Origin: Callorhinchus milii | Lineage: Eukaryota | Direction: 5' to 3' | Assembly (NCBI RefSeq): GCF_018977255.1 | Contig: NW_024704742.1 | Coordinates: 23,004,001-23,068,000, forward strand | DNA length: 64,000 nt | Part shown: piece by piece, positions 38,820 through 50,916 of the stretch | Layout of the letters: each line of letters opens with the position of its first letter | How positions within the stretch are numbered: position 1 is the first letter of the stretch | Position numbers and translations under genes: made by a program | Notes under the pieces: generated by a model | The model's input: only the letters and a program-made list of their open reading frames with translations | Told to the model about the DNA's origin: nothing | Databases searched by the model: none

Positions 38820-40142
38820 CTGGTGAAAAGAAAGAACATCCACTGTCAATCCTGCAAATTAGTTTCACAGGCAAAACCAAGCCTCCAACTGATAATTCAA
38901 CATTGATCCTGCACAACTTTCTGTCGGGTCCACTTTTAAATGTGCAAATTGAGCCGCTGGCCTGCCTTGTGTTTTTTGCGCACAAATAAAATATAACTCA
39001 CAATGAAATAGCTGTGTATGTGTTTGCATATATGTGCAATATTAAAATATGGGGAGGGGTGGAGTATAGAGAGCAATCTCAGAAACTCTCTCTGTAGAAC
39101 CTGAAACCTACTCCTTTCCACATCATTGATTCAAGATAGGACAGGTACTTGGCAATAAATTGCACATAATACTAGTAATTTACCATTTGAGGATGTAACA
39201 TTGGATTTTCTGCTTTCACAGACTTGGTAATATCACCAACAGGTGAAAACCATCCAACAAAATGTGAATTGGAGCCATAGAAATGAATCACCTTATTATC
39301 CTTCAATCATTTGGGCTGGGATTCTTCCTACTTAGCTTCCATTAACTATAAGCCAAAGCCCTGAAGGGTAGGGTGGTTCTTGATGGACAAACAGCAGGAA
39401 CCTTGCCAGTACATAATGTTCACAAAGGTTAAACGTGTGGTTTTAGCTGGTTAATATCCAGCAGTATCCCAGTGCACACTCTGGGGTTCCCAAGCATTGG
39501 TTCTTCCATATCTTGGCTAATTATTGTGTATTACATTGGACTTCTTGTTGACATCAAAAATACATGCTTTAAGCTACATTTACTGAAATCCATACAAATG
39601 TGAAGCACAAAAGGTGGCCATTTGGCCCATTGTGCCTGTCCTGGTTCCCTGAATGAGCATTCAGTTTAGTCTTTTTTTCTTACCTTATCTCCCCCATACC
39701 TTTTTTTATGTTTCTTCTTTTCAGATATTTATTCTAATTCCCTCTTAATAGCTAAATACAGATCCTGCCTCAGCCAAAGGTGAGGTTTAGCACTTCCTAT
39801 CAACCCTCTGTGAATGCTTTTATTGGCTCAATACAGTATGAAGATACTGTATACTTTATACTACACAGATACTTTGTGCTCTTGCTAATTATCTTAAATC
39901 TATGTCCTCTAGCTACAGTCTCCTTAAATTGAGTAATGGAAATAATTTCTTGCTGTATACCTGTAGATTGTTTCCTGACTTTTACCTACAAACGGAGTCA
40001 AAATGGGTTGTGACATTGTACACAGCAGCATAAAGCGAGTACTGTACATTCAATTATATAGATGCATAGTGTAAGTTAGTAACAGTGAACTGTCTTTTCA
40101 CAAGAAAGACTGTGGAGCTCAAGACCTGTGTAGTATGGTCAC

Positions 40143-40377
40143 TTGTCTCCATTAAACCCTGCCTGCCCAGGTTTGACCAATGGTCTGAGTGGTAGTGGAG
40201 TCCATTTGGTAGTTGTGCCACGCATTGCAGTGTTCCTCCATCACGACAGGCATTTCACCTCATTTAAGCTGAGGTATTTCCGGAAGTTTAGAGAACATTC
40301 CATTCCAGAAGCTGCAGCCCTGCTGCATAAAGGGCTTTTCTGTGAGCATTTCTGTACTCATGCGGTTGCGTTGAACC
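40143..40377 (-). pseudogene. Candidate upstream IQCM-like exon with three in-frame stops (decayed coding exon, or 5' UTR exon ending in ATG GAG ACA A)
   Basis: Acceptor ttttctaaatag and weak donor CAA|gtgacc. 235 nt, i.e. phase 0 to 1, fitting both neighbours. First stop is TAA at 40290-40288; ATG at 40152. Confidence 0.4.
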
Positions 40378-40574
40378 CTATTTAGAAAATGCATACGTGG
40401 CTCCTTTCGTTATCTTTAGAATTAATGATGAGAAATGCTAACTGGGCAGTCCAAAGATATCCTGGTGGCGAAATTCCTCATTGCGGAAAATTTGATGTGG
40501 AGTTTTAGAAAATTAACCGCACTGACAACTGTTGGTAGAGGCAGCATGGTATGGATGTTGGCCGTAATGTTAAT

Positions 40575-40820
40575 GGTGTCCTGTAGCTTAGTGATTAGAC
40601 CACTTGTCTTGTAAGAGAATGGACATGGGTTTGCTTCCTGGCAGGGCCAAACATTGGGGAAAGTTTCTTTACTGCACGTGTCTCTGTTTACCTAGCAGTA
40701 AGTAGGAACCTGTTTTTAGTCGATTGGCAGATCGATGCACAACTTTTTGCCCTGCCCGGGAATCAAACCCAGATCTCTTGCTTGCAAGGCAAATGCTCTA
40801 ACCACTGAGCTACAGAATCC
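40575..40820. mobile_element. Two convergent, tail-less SINE heads forming an inverted repeat
   Basis: Plus-strand head and body at 40575-40733; minus-strand head at about 40745-40820. Confidence 0.75.
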
Positions 40821-41109
40821 AATGTTATAAAATAGTAATTATATCAGGCAATTTATTGCAAAATACTTGACAATACTACAGTGACACAGAGTTAATTTGA
40901 AGGCTGACATAAGGTTTAATAGATCTTGCCCTCCTATTACTGGTGCAAACTCCAGAGTGTGGGATCAGTTTCCGCACTCCATGTGTTTGATATACTGGTT
41001 CGCTACTCAAACTACTGACCTGTTAAACAGTGGCTTTTATTTCCACAACAGCCAACAGTCAATTTGAACTTGTATTTATATATTTTTTTATTTACTCCAG
41101 TCATATATA

Positions 41110-41686
41110 CAAGATATTTTTGGAAAGCGCCTTTCAAGTCGGGAGGACGTCCCAAGGGCTGGACAGTGTACAGCATTTCAGACCCGAGCTGGGGTCAGGG
41201 GGAGGGGAAGGGAAGGGGGGAGTGACCGAATGGCATGGTCGAAGAGGAGGGTTTTGAGGCGGGACTTGAAGGAGGCTAAGGAGGGGGCGAGGCGGAGTGA
41301 TTGGGGGATGGAATTCCAGAGGTTGGGGACAGAGTGGCTGAAGGCTCTATCGCCAATGGTGGGGCGGGTGGGTCGGGGGACGTGGAGCAGGCCGGAGCCG
41401 GCTGAGTGGAGGGAGTGGGTAGATTTGTAGGGGGTTAGGAGGTCGCAGAGGTAGGGTAGGGCGAGGTCATGGAGGGCTTTGTAGGTGAGGACCGGGATCT
41501 TGAACTGAAGGATAGGGAGCCAATGAAGTCGGGTGAGAACGGGGGAGATGGAGTCACAGAGTTTGGTACGGGAGAGGACATGGGCTGCAGAGTTCTGGAT
41601 TATCTGCAGCCTATGGAGGGAGGAGTTGGGAAGGGCAACAAGCAGGGCATTTGCATAGTTGAGCCTGGAGATGATGAAGGAATGAA
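41110..41686 (-). mobile_element. L2 3' fragment
   Basis: Homologous to 15040-15720; tail motif gtcgggaggacgtcccaag on the plus strand. Confidence 0.85.
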
Positions 41687-42267
41687 CATATGCATGTGTG
41701 TGTAAGAGAGGGAGGGGGTATGTGGGCTAAAATTTTGCACTCGCTCAGCAACTCACAGATTAGTCATAGTTGGCTACCGTGTTTGCTGACAAAAAATGTA
41801 GTTACTACATGACAGTAAAATCCTGTGAAACTCTTTGAGATGTTCTCCCAACATGAAATCCGCTACATAAAATGGAAGAATTATTATATGCATTCTGTGT
41901 TTTTTTTTGTCTGACACATTTGGAAACCCATCACCATGCTTGAGTGTATTCAAACGTGCATCCATGGAATTCCCAGAGATATCTATTGGAATGGAATGTG
42001 CACGGTCTCCTTGGAGGGACTCATCCTGTTTACCAAATTCTGATGTTGCCTGCAATCTCTGCCTTCTTTAAGCACTTTCCAGGCACTGCTCAGTATCTAT
42101 GGCTGCTGCCAAAACTCCTGTGGAAACCATGATTACACAGGTAGGGATAGCGATTAAAATGTGGGACTAAACAATAGTAAGAATAAATAAACCTAGGGCC
42201 GAAATATTTGAGATGCATTCAGAGTTACTCACCTTAGTTGGAAAATGTTGAAAGTCTAAAGTTCACA

Positions 42268-43533
42268 GTCGATCACGCCATCCTCCTCCACCTTCTCTAC
42301 TCCCTCATCCACCTTAGTGGGACCGCACTCACACGGTTCGAGTACTACTTAACTAATCACTAACAATACATCTCGGCAAATGGTTTCTCCTCCGGCCCTG
42401 GCCTGGTCACCTGCAGGGTACCCCAAGGATTCATCCTTGGCCCTCTTGTTTTCCTTATCTACACTCTCCCACTCGGCAGTGTCATCCGCAGACATGGGGT
42501 CAACTTCCACATGTATGCGGATGACAACCAAACCTACTTCTTCTCCAGCTGTGACTCCCAGTCCGCTGATGTCTTGCCAGCTTGTTTGACGGACATCAAG
42601 GCCTGGATGAGCGCAAATTTCCTGTAGCTGAATGTTGGCAAGAAGGAAGCAATACTCTTTGGCTGCTGTCAACAGCTTCTCTCCTGCAGGTCTGAACCTC
42701 CCTAGGCTCTCCCTCAGACTCTCCAAACCCAACTTAGGCATCAGGTTCAATCCCCAGCTTTCCTTTCTACCCCACATCTATTCCCTGACCAGGAATGCCT
42801 TTTTCCACCTGCCTCACTTTGTCCGCCTCCATCCATACCTCACAACAAAAGCAGCAGAAACGATCGTCCTTGCCTTTGTCACTTCCCGGCTGGATTATTC
42901 CATTGCCCTCCTCGCTGGTCTCCCCAGCTCCACCATACACAAAATTCAACTAATTCAGAACTCCACTACCTGGATTCAAAGTCTAAAATTATCACTACCA
43001 CCATAATGTACGTTATACACTATTCTGAAGAAGCATAAACAGTCTTTGTTTCTGTGCAAAATAAGGTCATTTCCAAAACTCAAAACTCCGTACCCCATCA
43101 CATCAATCCTGGCCAGGCTCACTGGCTCCCAATTACTAAATAGATCAATTTCAAGATCCTCTCACTCATTTTCAAATCTTCATGCCCTTGCATCTTCCTA
43201 CATAGCTGATTTGCTTACACCCCCACTCACCCACCCTCTGCTCGGCTGCCTCCGGCCTCCTGTTTTTCCCTTGTCCCCTCTGCTCCATCTTCGGTAGCCA
43301 TGCCTTTAGCCACAACACTCCAAAACTCTGGAATTCTCTCCTTCAAACCCTCCGCCTTGCCCCCTCCTTCTCCACTTTCAAATCCCACCTAAAGACCTTC
43401 CTTTTTGATCATGATTACGGTCACCTCCCCTCTCCCACTCCCTCTGGCTTGGGGTCAGACTCTGCCACTGTTAAGCACTCCGGGAAGCTACCCTACGTGA
43501 AGGGTGCTAAATAAATGCAAGCTGTTGTTGTTG
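42268..43533 (+). mobile_element. Older L2 fragment with an AT-rich interruption of about 95 bp near 42976-43070
   Basis: DHAILLH, YADD, FVTSRLDYS motifs; (TTG)n tail at 43521-43533. Confidence 0.85.
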
Positions 43534-44138
43534 CTATCCAAGTACCTGCCTTATCTTCTAAGTGGCCAACAAATAATTGCTAGTTTTAGGCATAACTACC
43601 CCACCCCTCCCTAACCCTGTCTTTGACACAACGATTTGGACTAAAGCCTCCTTTCAAATTTATTCACCCATAATCTTGACTACCTGCTTAACACTAGCAG
43701 ATTAAAAAAAAACTGTTTATTGACCCTCAAGGCAGCATTTTAGCGTAAGTGTGAATGAGAATAAACCTTGCATTCATTTCAGCGCTTTTCACTTCGGGAG
43801 GATTTCTCAAAGTGCTTCACATGATTTACTCTAAAGTCTAGTGACTGTGTATTTTGTTGGTAAACATGTCAGTCAATTTGACCAGAGCAATGTCTCATAA
43901 GCAGCCATGACGTGAATAACTAATATTATCTGGGGAAATTATTGACCTTCAACAATACGATGAATCGAATGTAAGTTTACGGTAAGATTACCAGCGCATC
44001 TCTCAGAACAATCAGGATATTTGTTGATTTCTGGATTACTTGTTCTCTTGACAATAATGGACATTCTAGTTCCAGGGGATGAGAAAGAATTTGATCATTG
44101 AAAGAGTGACATTCTGAACACAGTTCTTTCAAATAGAG

Positions 44139-44142
<4 letters not shown>

Positions 44143-44170
<28 letters not shown>

Positions 44171-44472
44171 CCTTGCATTTGATATAGCGCTTTTCACGTC
44201 GGGAGGACGTCCCAAAGCGCTTCACAGAACACACTGTAAAGTGAATTGACTGTATATTTGTGGGCGAACGCGGCAGCCAATTGTGCACAGCAATGTCCCA
44301 CAAACAGTCGTAGATTGAAAATGACCAATTTATTATTGTTTTTGGTTTTGGAGGGATTATTATTAGGCGTGTGGAGTAAGGAAACTTGCCCAAGGTTTCG
44401 TCCTGCCTGGAATTGAACTCAGGTCTCTCGCTTGCAAAGCAAGTGCTCTAACCACTGAGCTACAGGACTCCA
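44143..44472 (-). mobile_element. Full-length tRNA-derived SINE, short/young subfamily
   Basis: Reverse complement of 48338-48659 with about 8 substitutions by manual count. Confidence 0.92.
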
Positions 44473-44772
44473 CAAATGAAGCAACATCATGATGATATCA
44501 ACAAAAGAGCTCCATTTCAGAAATGTCAAATAACGTAGGTCATTTAACTTGGACACAAACAATTAATCTCCTGTATGCAGCCATTATTAATGACCTGAAA
44601 TCATAGTAATAATATATCACTATAGGTGGAAGTGGTTGGATGTGAACTCTGATCTGCACAAAACGAAAGCAATGAATGCAGCAAAAGCAATCACGTCTTC
44701 AATTGATTTACTTTATATAATGATTCACCAGCAAATTAGTTGTAATTAATGGCAAATGTCTAATACATGTAC

Positions 44773-44866
44773 CTCGGCAGGTTTGTATTTCAGCTGTGAT
44801 AATAACTTCGGAATTCTCGTGAAGGCATTACTAGTTTGCTGGAAAATGTTGTCTCTTTCATGTGAT
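44773..44866 (-). other. Candidate further-upstream exon (SHERDNIFQQTSNAFTRIPKLLSQLKYKPAE)
   Basis: Acceptor tgcttcttag and donor GAG|gtacat; open for 31 codons with a phase-0 exit. Only weak resemblance to the IQCM N-terminus. Confidence 0.3.
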
Positions 44867-47777
44867 CTAAGAAGCAATGGTTTAATTCTCAGTTTGGACT
44901 ACTTCAATTTCCATGCATTTACTTTTCACTGATAGAACTGAGAATTCTCATAGAAACTCTTGACAAGCAAATGTCTTGTTTCTGACTTTTAGCACACCCT
45001 TTCCAAGTTTCACTCTGTCAGTTTCCACTTTTCTTCCTCTCTCTCTATTTCACATATTTTTGTCAGTTTTTTAAAAATGATATAATTTGGTGATTTTTGT
45101 TTTGTCGTCATGAAGATTAGAGAAGTCGGTGGTGTTGAGTGGAACACTTCTCCACTTGCATCCCAGTCTAAGTTCTCCACACTCACGTATTCCCAGCCAG
45201 CCATAGAGCAAATCTCTCTCCGCTCTAACATTTAGTATGACATAACCCCTGCTCTCAGAAAAACACTCCTTCTTAGGCTGGTGTGACATTTTCAATTTTC
45301 ACATCCCGCATGGCCTGTCTGAGTGAGATTACCAACTCGGTGTGAATTTGTGCTACATGAGGGTGAACAGAGTAGAAGCAATATGAGTGGAGGCTGGATA
45401 GAGTGGATTAGGATGGGTGGAGGCTCATATTGAGCACAAACACTAGCTTGGACTAGGTGCGCCTGCTGGCGATAAACTGCACATAAGCTCCACTGACACC
45501 AAAAAGTAATTTAATTTCCTTGTACTTTTGATTGCTCACAAAACACACACCGAACCCACAATCTTCTGACTCAGAAGGGAGGGTGTTAAAAACGGAGCCA
45601 GGCTGAGCATAGAGCTATATTGAGATTCCAGGTGATGATTAAGGTAAGCAGAGTCTCCTTGGAGCTCTCCATGTTTGGTAACAGATTGTCAGAATTTACT
45701 GTGGTGGTTTTGGTTAACCTGCGCTTAGTACTCTCTGGGATTGAGTAAGCAGGACAAGTCCGTCCAAGGAGAGAATCCAACAATCATCTCTGGAATTTCC
45801 ATGTATAGGTGAGATATATAGAACTCTCAGTTTGGTTTGGATAACCTTAAGCATGGTGACTGGTTCCTGAATGTTTCAGACACCCGGCTGACCAAAAACA
45901 TTCCCGCACGGAGGCTCCATCACAGACATGTATGGAATAGATCCCAGTATGAAGGAATACGGAAGTTGTTCCAGGATTTATTCAACAGTACCAGGCCTTT
46001 AATAGACATTGATAATGGCAAGAGAGGGTCATAATCACTCGTCATTTTAAAAACATTAATCCGCCAGTTTCTTTGGTGAAGATAGCAGCAATGGCATGAT
46101 ATTCTATCTCTTCACTTGACCTTGGACATGAGTCTCCATATCATGGGCAATGACTCCTGCTGCAAGAAATGGGCTCCAACATCCCACAATACATCATTTT
46201 ACCACAACACACAATGCAAAGCTAATGAACAATAGTGCTGATTCCTTTAATCTTAAAACAATGAATAGTTATTAGTGTTGATGCACAAAAGAGAAAGAGA
46301 TTACTCTGAGGAGTTAAGAGTGATTTACATTTACATTCAGTCTGTTCACCATTCAGCCTTTTACTTTCATTAAAACTGTGGCATCTGTCCCAGAAGAGCA
46401 TTGCACATTTGCATCAGGAGTAGCCAAAGGGGATCAATAAAGTAGTAGAATGCACTGTAATGGGAAGAGAACTCTGACACTTTGCTGTTTGCTTTTGTAA
46501 ATATAGAGCAATCTTTTCCAACAGGCAAAGCCCCACATTATACTTATGCTGGAGTTTAATTTTCAATTAGAATCTAATTTTACTGCAGTAATGGACAAAT
46601 CCCCTGATCTGGATGACTGAGCATTAAATAAACCTCCAATTGCCTCCAATTATGTTCCTTCACTTATTAAAATAAATCCTAGGCTAATGATACTCATCAT
46701 CATGGAATTGGGTATCATCAACAAGTTAAAGGAAATAGCATTAGTGTTAAGGTATATTAAAGAGGGGTGGGGTGGGGGTGTCTGTCTCTAACCTGATGCT
46801 TCACCTGACTGGGCAGTGCTTGATCCCTGCAGACATCTGTGCAGCTTCCTGCCCTCTGAGTAGTACTTATGCTGGAGTTTATGCTCCATCTTTAATGGAC
46901 TGAATGCTGGTACCTAAGATTAAATTTGCAGTCCACAGAGGAGGAGTACATCCAGACAACAATTTGAACCCACAAACAAGGTGGCGTAATGGTTCAGTGA
47001 AATTCTAATTGGTTTAGAATTTAGACAGGGAAGTTAAGGGTATCTAGTCAAACACACCCACATTAAAATCAAGTAACAAAGTCCAATTCATGTGGCTAAA
47101 CCTGGCCTTAGCAACATTTTTTAAAAAGGTTTGGCAATGCTGCGAAGTCTGTCTCCAATAATTACAATATCTATCGCAGAGAGGTAGAACTGAGTGTTCC
47201 AGTCAGTGAATGTTCCAGGGAGTGTCTGTGCATCTGTTGTGCAAGTGACAATGAAAGCACTTGGCTTCTGGCATACGTTCAGCAATCCTTTTACATGGGT
47301 GTGAATCCGACTGGCAATGGTCTGGATTAGTATGTTCAAAACTTGTGAATCGTGCTCTGCGCTCTGAAACTGTGGTTTGTGACCATCTTTCTCAATACAG
47401 CATCAAGCTGTTTCTTAAATCCCTTAATGTTGTAAGTCTAAACTATCCTCCTGGTAACCTGTTCCAGCCATTAATTATCATCTGCAGACAAATACTTACT
47501 GGTGTCAGCCCTAAACACATACTTTATAACCCTTAATCTCTGCTTTCTTGTTCTTCTGCCTTGGTGTATTTGAATGTATGATTCCTGCTTTGCTTTTAAG
47601 CACTGTACATATCACTATAAGGGCCCCTCGAGAGGTCTGTTTTTGAGCCTTATTGATTGTTCCTCGCAGATTCTTTCTCTAACATGAGATGAAACATTTT
47701 ACTCTTTTCATCACTGTCTCTCAGGCCTCCCTAGAACCCTTATGTCAAGATGATAGAAATATACATCGTATTCCAGG

Positions 47778-47991
47778 GGCCTGAACTTCAACTTAGTCTT
47801 AAGCCTATAGGGCTATTTTGTCTTTAGAGTTAAAATCGCACTGGATTGTTGAAAAATCTTCAATTCAGTTTTCGACAATAAGAACTAGCTTCCAAATTAA
47901 GACTGAATTGAACAATTTCCACAATTCTGAGCACTCTTAAATTTAAAGATAAAATAGCCTTATAGGCTAAGACTGGGTGGAATTTCAGGCC
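47778..47991. mobile_element. Foldback MITE (non-autonomous DNA transposon)
   Basis: Imperfect palindrome: 5' ggcctgaacttcaacttagtcttaagcctatagggctattttgtcttta versus the reverse complement of the 3' end, ggcctgaaattccacccagtcttagcctataaggctattttatcttta. It interrupts a CR1 remnant. Confidence 0.8.
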
Positions 47992-48337
47992 TCAGATTCA
48001 GCTTGATTGGAGCTTCGTAAAGCTTCGTAAAGCTCAATTAGAACTTCTAAGATCTGAACTCAACTGATTCGGCAATATAGCTTAGCAACCCCTTTGCCTT
48101 GTTTATTGGTATTTTACACAGCTTAGACACAGTGAGTCGGGAACCAGTTAACTCCTCATGATTTTAACTTCCCCAAATTCAATCCCATCTATGGAGTACA
48201 TGTATTTCTTATTATTACTTACTACATACAGTAACTTACTGTATTGTACTGTATTATACTGTATTGTACTTAATGTGCCCTTGTTCAAGCCCAGCATATA
48301 ATCTACCAAATTCTTTGTAAAATTCTGGTTGCTTTCT

Positions 48338-48659
48338 GGAGTCCTGTAGCTCGGTGGTTAGAGCACTCGCTTTGCAAGCGAGAGACCTGAGTTCAATTCC
48401 AGGCAGGGCGAAACCTTGGGCAAGTTTCCTTACTCCACACGCCTAATAATAATCCCTCCAAAACCAAAAACAATAATAAATTGGTCATTTTCAATCTACG
48501 ACTGTTTGTGGGACATTGCTATGCGCAATTGGCTGCCGCGTTCGCCCACAAATATACAGTCAATTCACTTTACAATGTGTTCTGTGAAGCACTTTGGGAC
48601 GTCCTCCTGACGTGAAAAGCGCTATATCAAATGCAAGGATTATTATTATTATTATTATT
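48338..48659 (+). mobile_element. Full-length tRNA-derived SINE, short/young subfamily, (ATT)n tail
   Basis: Cloverleaf-like head with A box TAGCTCGGTGG and B box GTTCAATTCC; core gtttgtgggacattgct...aattggctgccgcgttcgccc; L2-like tail. Confidence 0.92.
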
Positions 48660-49317
48660 CCATAATCTCACATCATCCTATCAACTTCAACCTAGTACTG
48701 AGTCTGCAAACTCAGATCATTTATATACATTGGGAATAAGAGGGATCTATGTAGATTCCAGAAACATTCCATTCAATACCTCTCCCCATTTAGACTTAGA
48801 TACCCTTATTACAACTTTTAGCTAGTTACTAATCTCATATATATCTTACCCTTGGCTTTGGTAAAGCAAACATTGCTTGTTGATCTCTGATTTATGATGG
48901 GATTTCCCATTGTGTGATGGTTGGCAAATATATCATCATTGGGAGAATAATTCCATCAAAACTAGGTGAAACCATTGTAAAACATATACCCTGTGGTTGG
49001 AATTATTGGAGGAAGCTGTTTTACTCCTGGATGTATGGTGATGTAGATCAGAAAGCTTGGTTTATACTTCTTACCCTACATCAGAGGTCCTGGGGTGAAT
49101 TGGTTTATAAGTGTGAGGATAACAAGGACTGGGGCAATGAGGAGTTGGAGTTTGGTACAGATGAGAATATGAGCTGCGGAGGTTTGGATCAGTTCCATTT
49201 TGTGGATGGTGGAGCTCGGGAGACTGGCAAGAAGGGCAATGGAAAAATCAAAGTGTGAGGTGACGAATGCGTGAATGAAGGCTTCAGCTGCGTCAGCTAC
49301 ACAGTTTTAAACTCCAG

Positions 49318-49687
49318 CAATAATAACAATAATAATCCTTGCATTTAATATAGCACCTTATCATGTCTTCGAGACGTCTCAAAGCGCTTCACAAAATATA
49401 CTGTAAAGTGAATTGACTGCATATTTTGCAGGCGAAACGTGGCAGCCAATTGCGCACAGCAGTGTCCCACAAACAATCGTGGATTCAGTGACCAATTTTT
49501 TTTAAGGAATTGTTACACCCGGAAAAGCAATCTGCCAACCGACTAACGACCGGGTTCCTACTCACTGCTAGGTAAACAGAGGCGTGTGGAGTAAGGAAAC
49601 TTGCCCAAAGTTTCACCCTGCTGGGAATCGAATCCAGGTCTCTCGCTTGCGAGGCAAGCACTCTCACCATGGAGCTACAGGACTCCA
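49318..49687 (-). mobile_element. Full-length tRNA-derived SINE, long subfamily
   Basis: Same head, plus an extra segment of about 60 bp (ctgtttacctagcagtgagtaggaacccggtcgttagtcgg) and tail gagacgtctcgaagacatgataagg. Confidence 0.9.
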
Positions 49688-50289
49688 GTCTTGAGATGCA
49701 GTAAAAAGTACGAGTGTGTGAAAGAGAGAGAAACAGTTAGACAGTGCCAAACGCACACACACAGGGAGTGTGAGAAGGATGTGATGTAACTAGTACCCGA
49801 AAGGCACGTCTCTTTATGGACTGGCACTGGTTCAGCTTGTTTATCCGACTGTGACCTGGAATCAAATTTGTTGAGAAAGATATAATGAGGGTGGTGTGGC
49901 AGGGCCTGCTGGAGTGACTCACATAAGTGCTATCCATAGTTAAGTGTTGTCTAAAACAAATTAGACTAACCTGGAAAACATGTCATTTTTTTAGGTTCAG
50001 CATAACTCCATACTGCATCAGTACCTAATTACTGATTAGCAGGTTTGCTCTTGCCTGTTCAAACTGCACAAAGTCATCACAGCAAAGCTATTCTATTCTA
50101 CAGAGGTACTTTACATAGATGCACTCAATGATAGAGGTAAGGATACGCAAGAACCTTTGTGGGATTTCTTAACAGGATTTTCTAACAAGGAATCCCATTA
50201 AAATTCCCATTTAACAATGGAAACTCCAGTAGTAGGTGGCCTTGGAGCACCGTTGACATAAGTTTGTGCTGCACTGACTTTAACTGTAA

Positions 50290-50880
50290 AGAAGTTATCC
50301 TCCTGGGGAGGAGCGGAGTCTCCTTGGAGCTGAACTGGCTCCAAGGTGACGTGTTTGGCAATGGGATGTCAGAATTGAGCCAACCCTCTAGACTGGTCTT
50401 GGTGGTCCAGTCCTGAGCCAGACAGGTCCACAGGGCGTTACTATTGCTACCAGTTGGTTCATCGACAGGACTTGGAAGGACAAATCAATCACTGAGGGTA
50501 AGGACTCTTCCCACTCAGCTCCCGTTAACCCTGCAAACCAAAGCCCTAATAGTTAGGGTGATCTTAGCTGGACAAACAGCTGGAAAGCTTATCTTGCAGT
50601 GCACACAATGGTAAACTCTGTGGTTTTAGTTGGTTAGACTCCAGCAGTACCTCAACGCACATTCTGGGGTCCCCAAGCCTTGGCTCTTGGCAATCTGCGC
50701 CTAGTACTCTTTGGGATTGGTAAGCAGAATGTGTACCTCAAGGGAGAGAATGCACATTCCATTCAACTAATATCTCTGGAATTTCCATGTGTAGGTGGGA
50801 TACATGAGACTCTGTTTGGTTTGGATACTCTTAAGCATGGTGATAGGTTTCTGCATGTGTCGGAGACCTGGTTGATCAAA
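50290..50880 (+). repeat. Longest copy of an unclassified old interspersed repeat (six or more fragments in the window); orientation arbitrary
   Basis: Shares blocks with 45649-45900 (+), 39312-39510 (+), 12569-12885 (-), 23405-23710 (-) and 41905-42130 (-). Confidence 0.75.
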
Positions 50881-50916
50881 AATGATCAAAAACAAAATAA
50901 CCTTAAGGATCGCATG

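Noticed and set aside
43977..44393. Recurrent ORFs reading ...[15 protein letters not shown]...
   Set aside because: Translations of the SINE body, not a gene family.
45010..45295. Two ORFs of about 73 aa with coding-like composition
   Set aside because: Stops in all frames and no consistent splice sites; cannot be supported as exons.
48338..48412. tRNA-like cloverleaf with a TGC anticodon
   Set aside because: It is the head of a SINE: it continues into the SINE body and tail, and the anticodon varies among copies (TGC, CGC, TAC, CAC). Not a tRNA gene.
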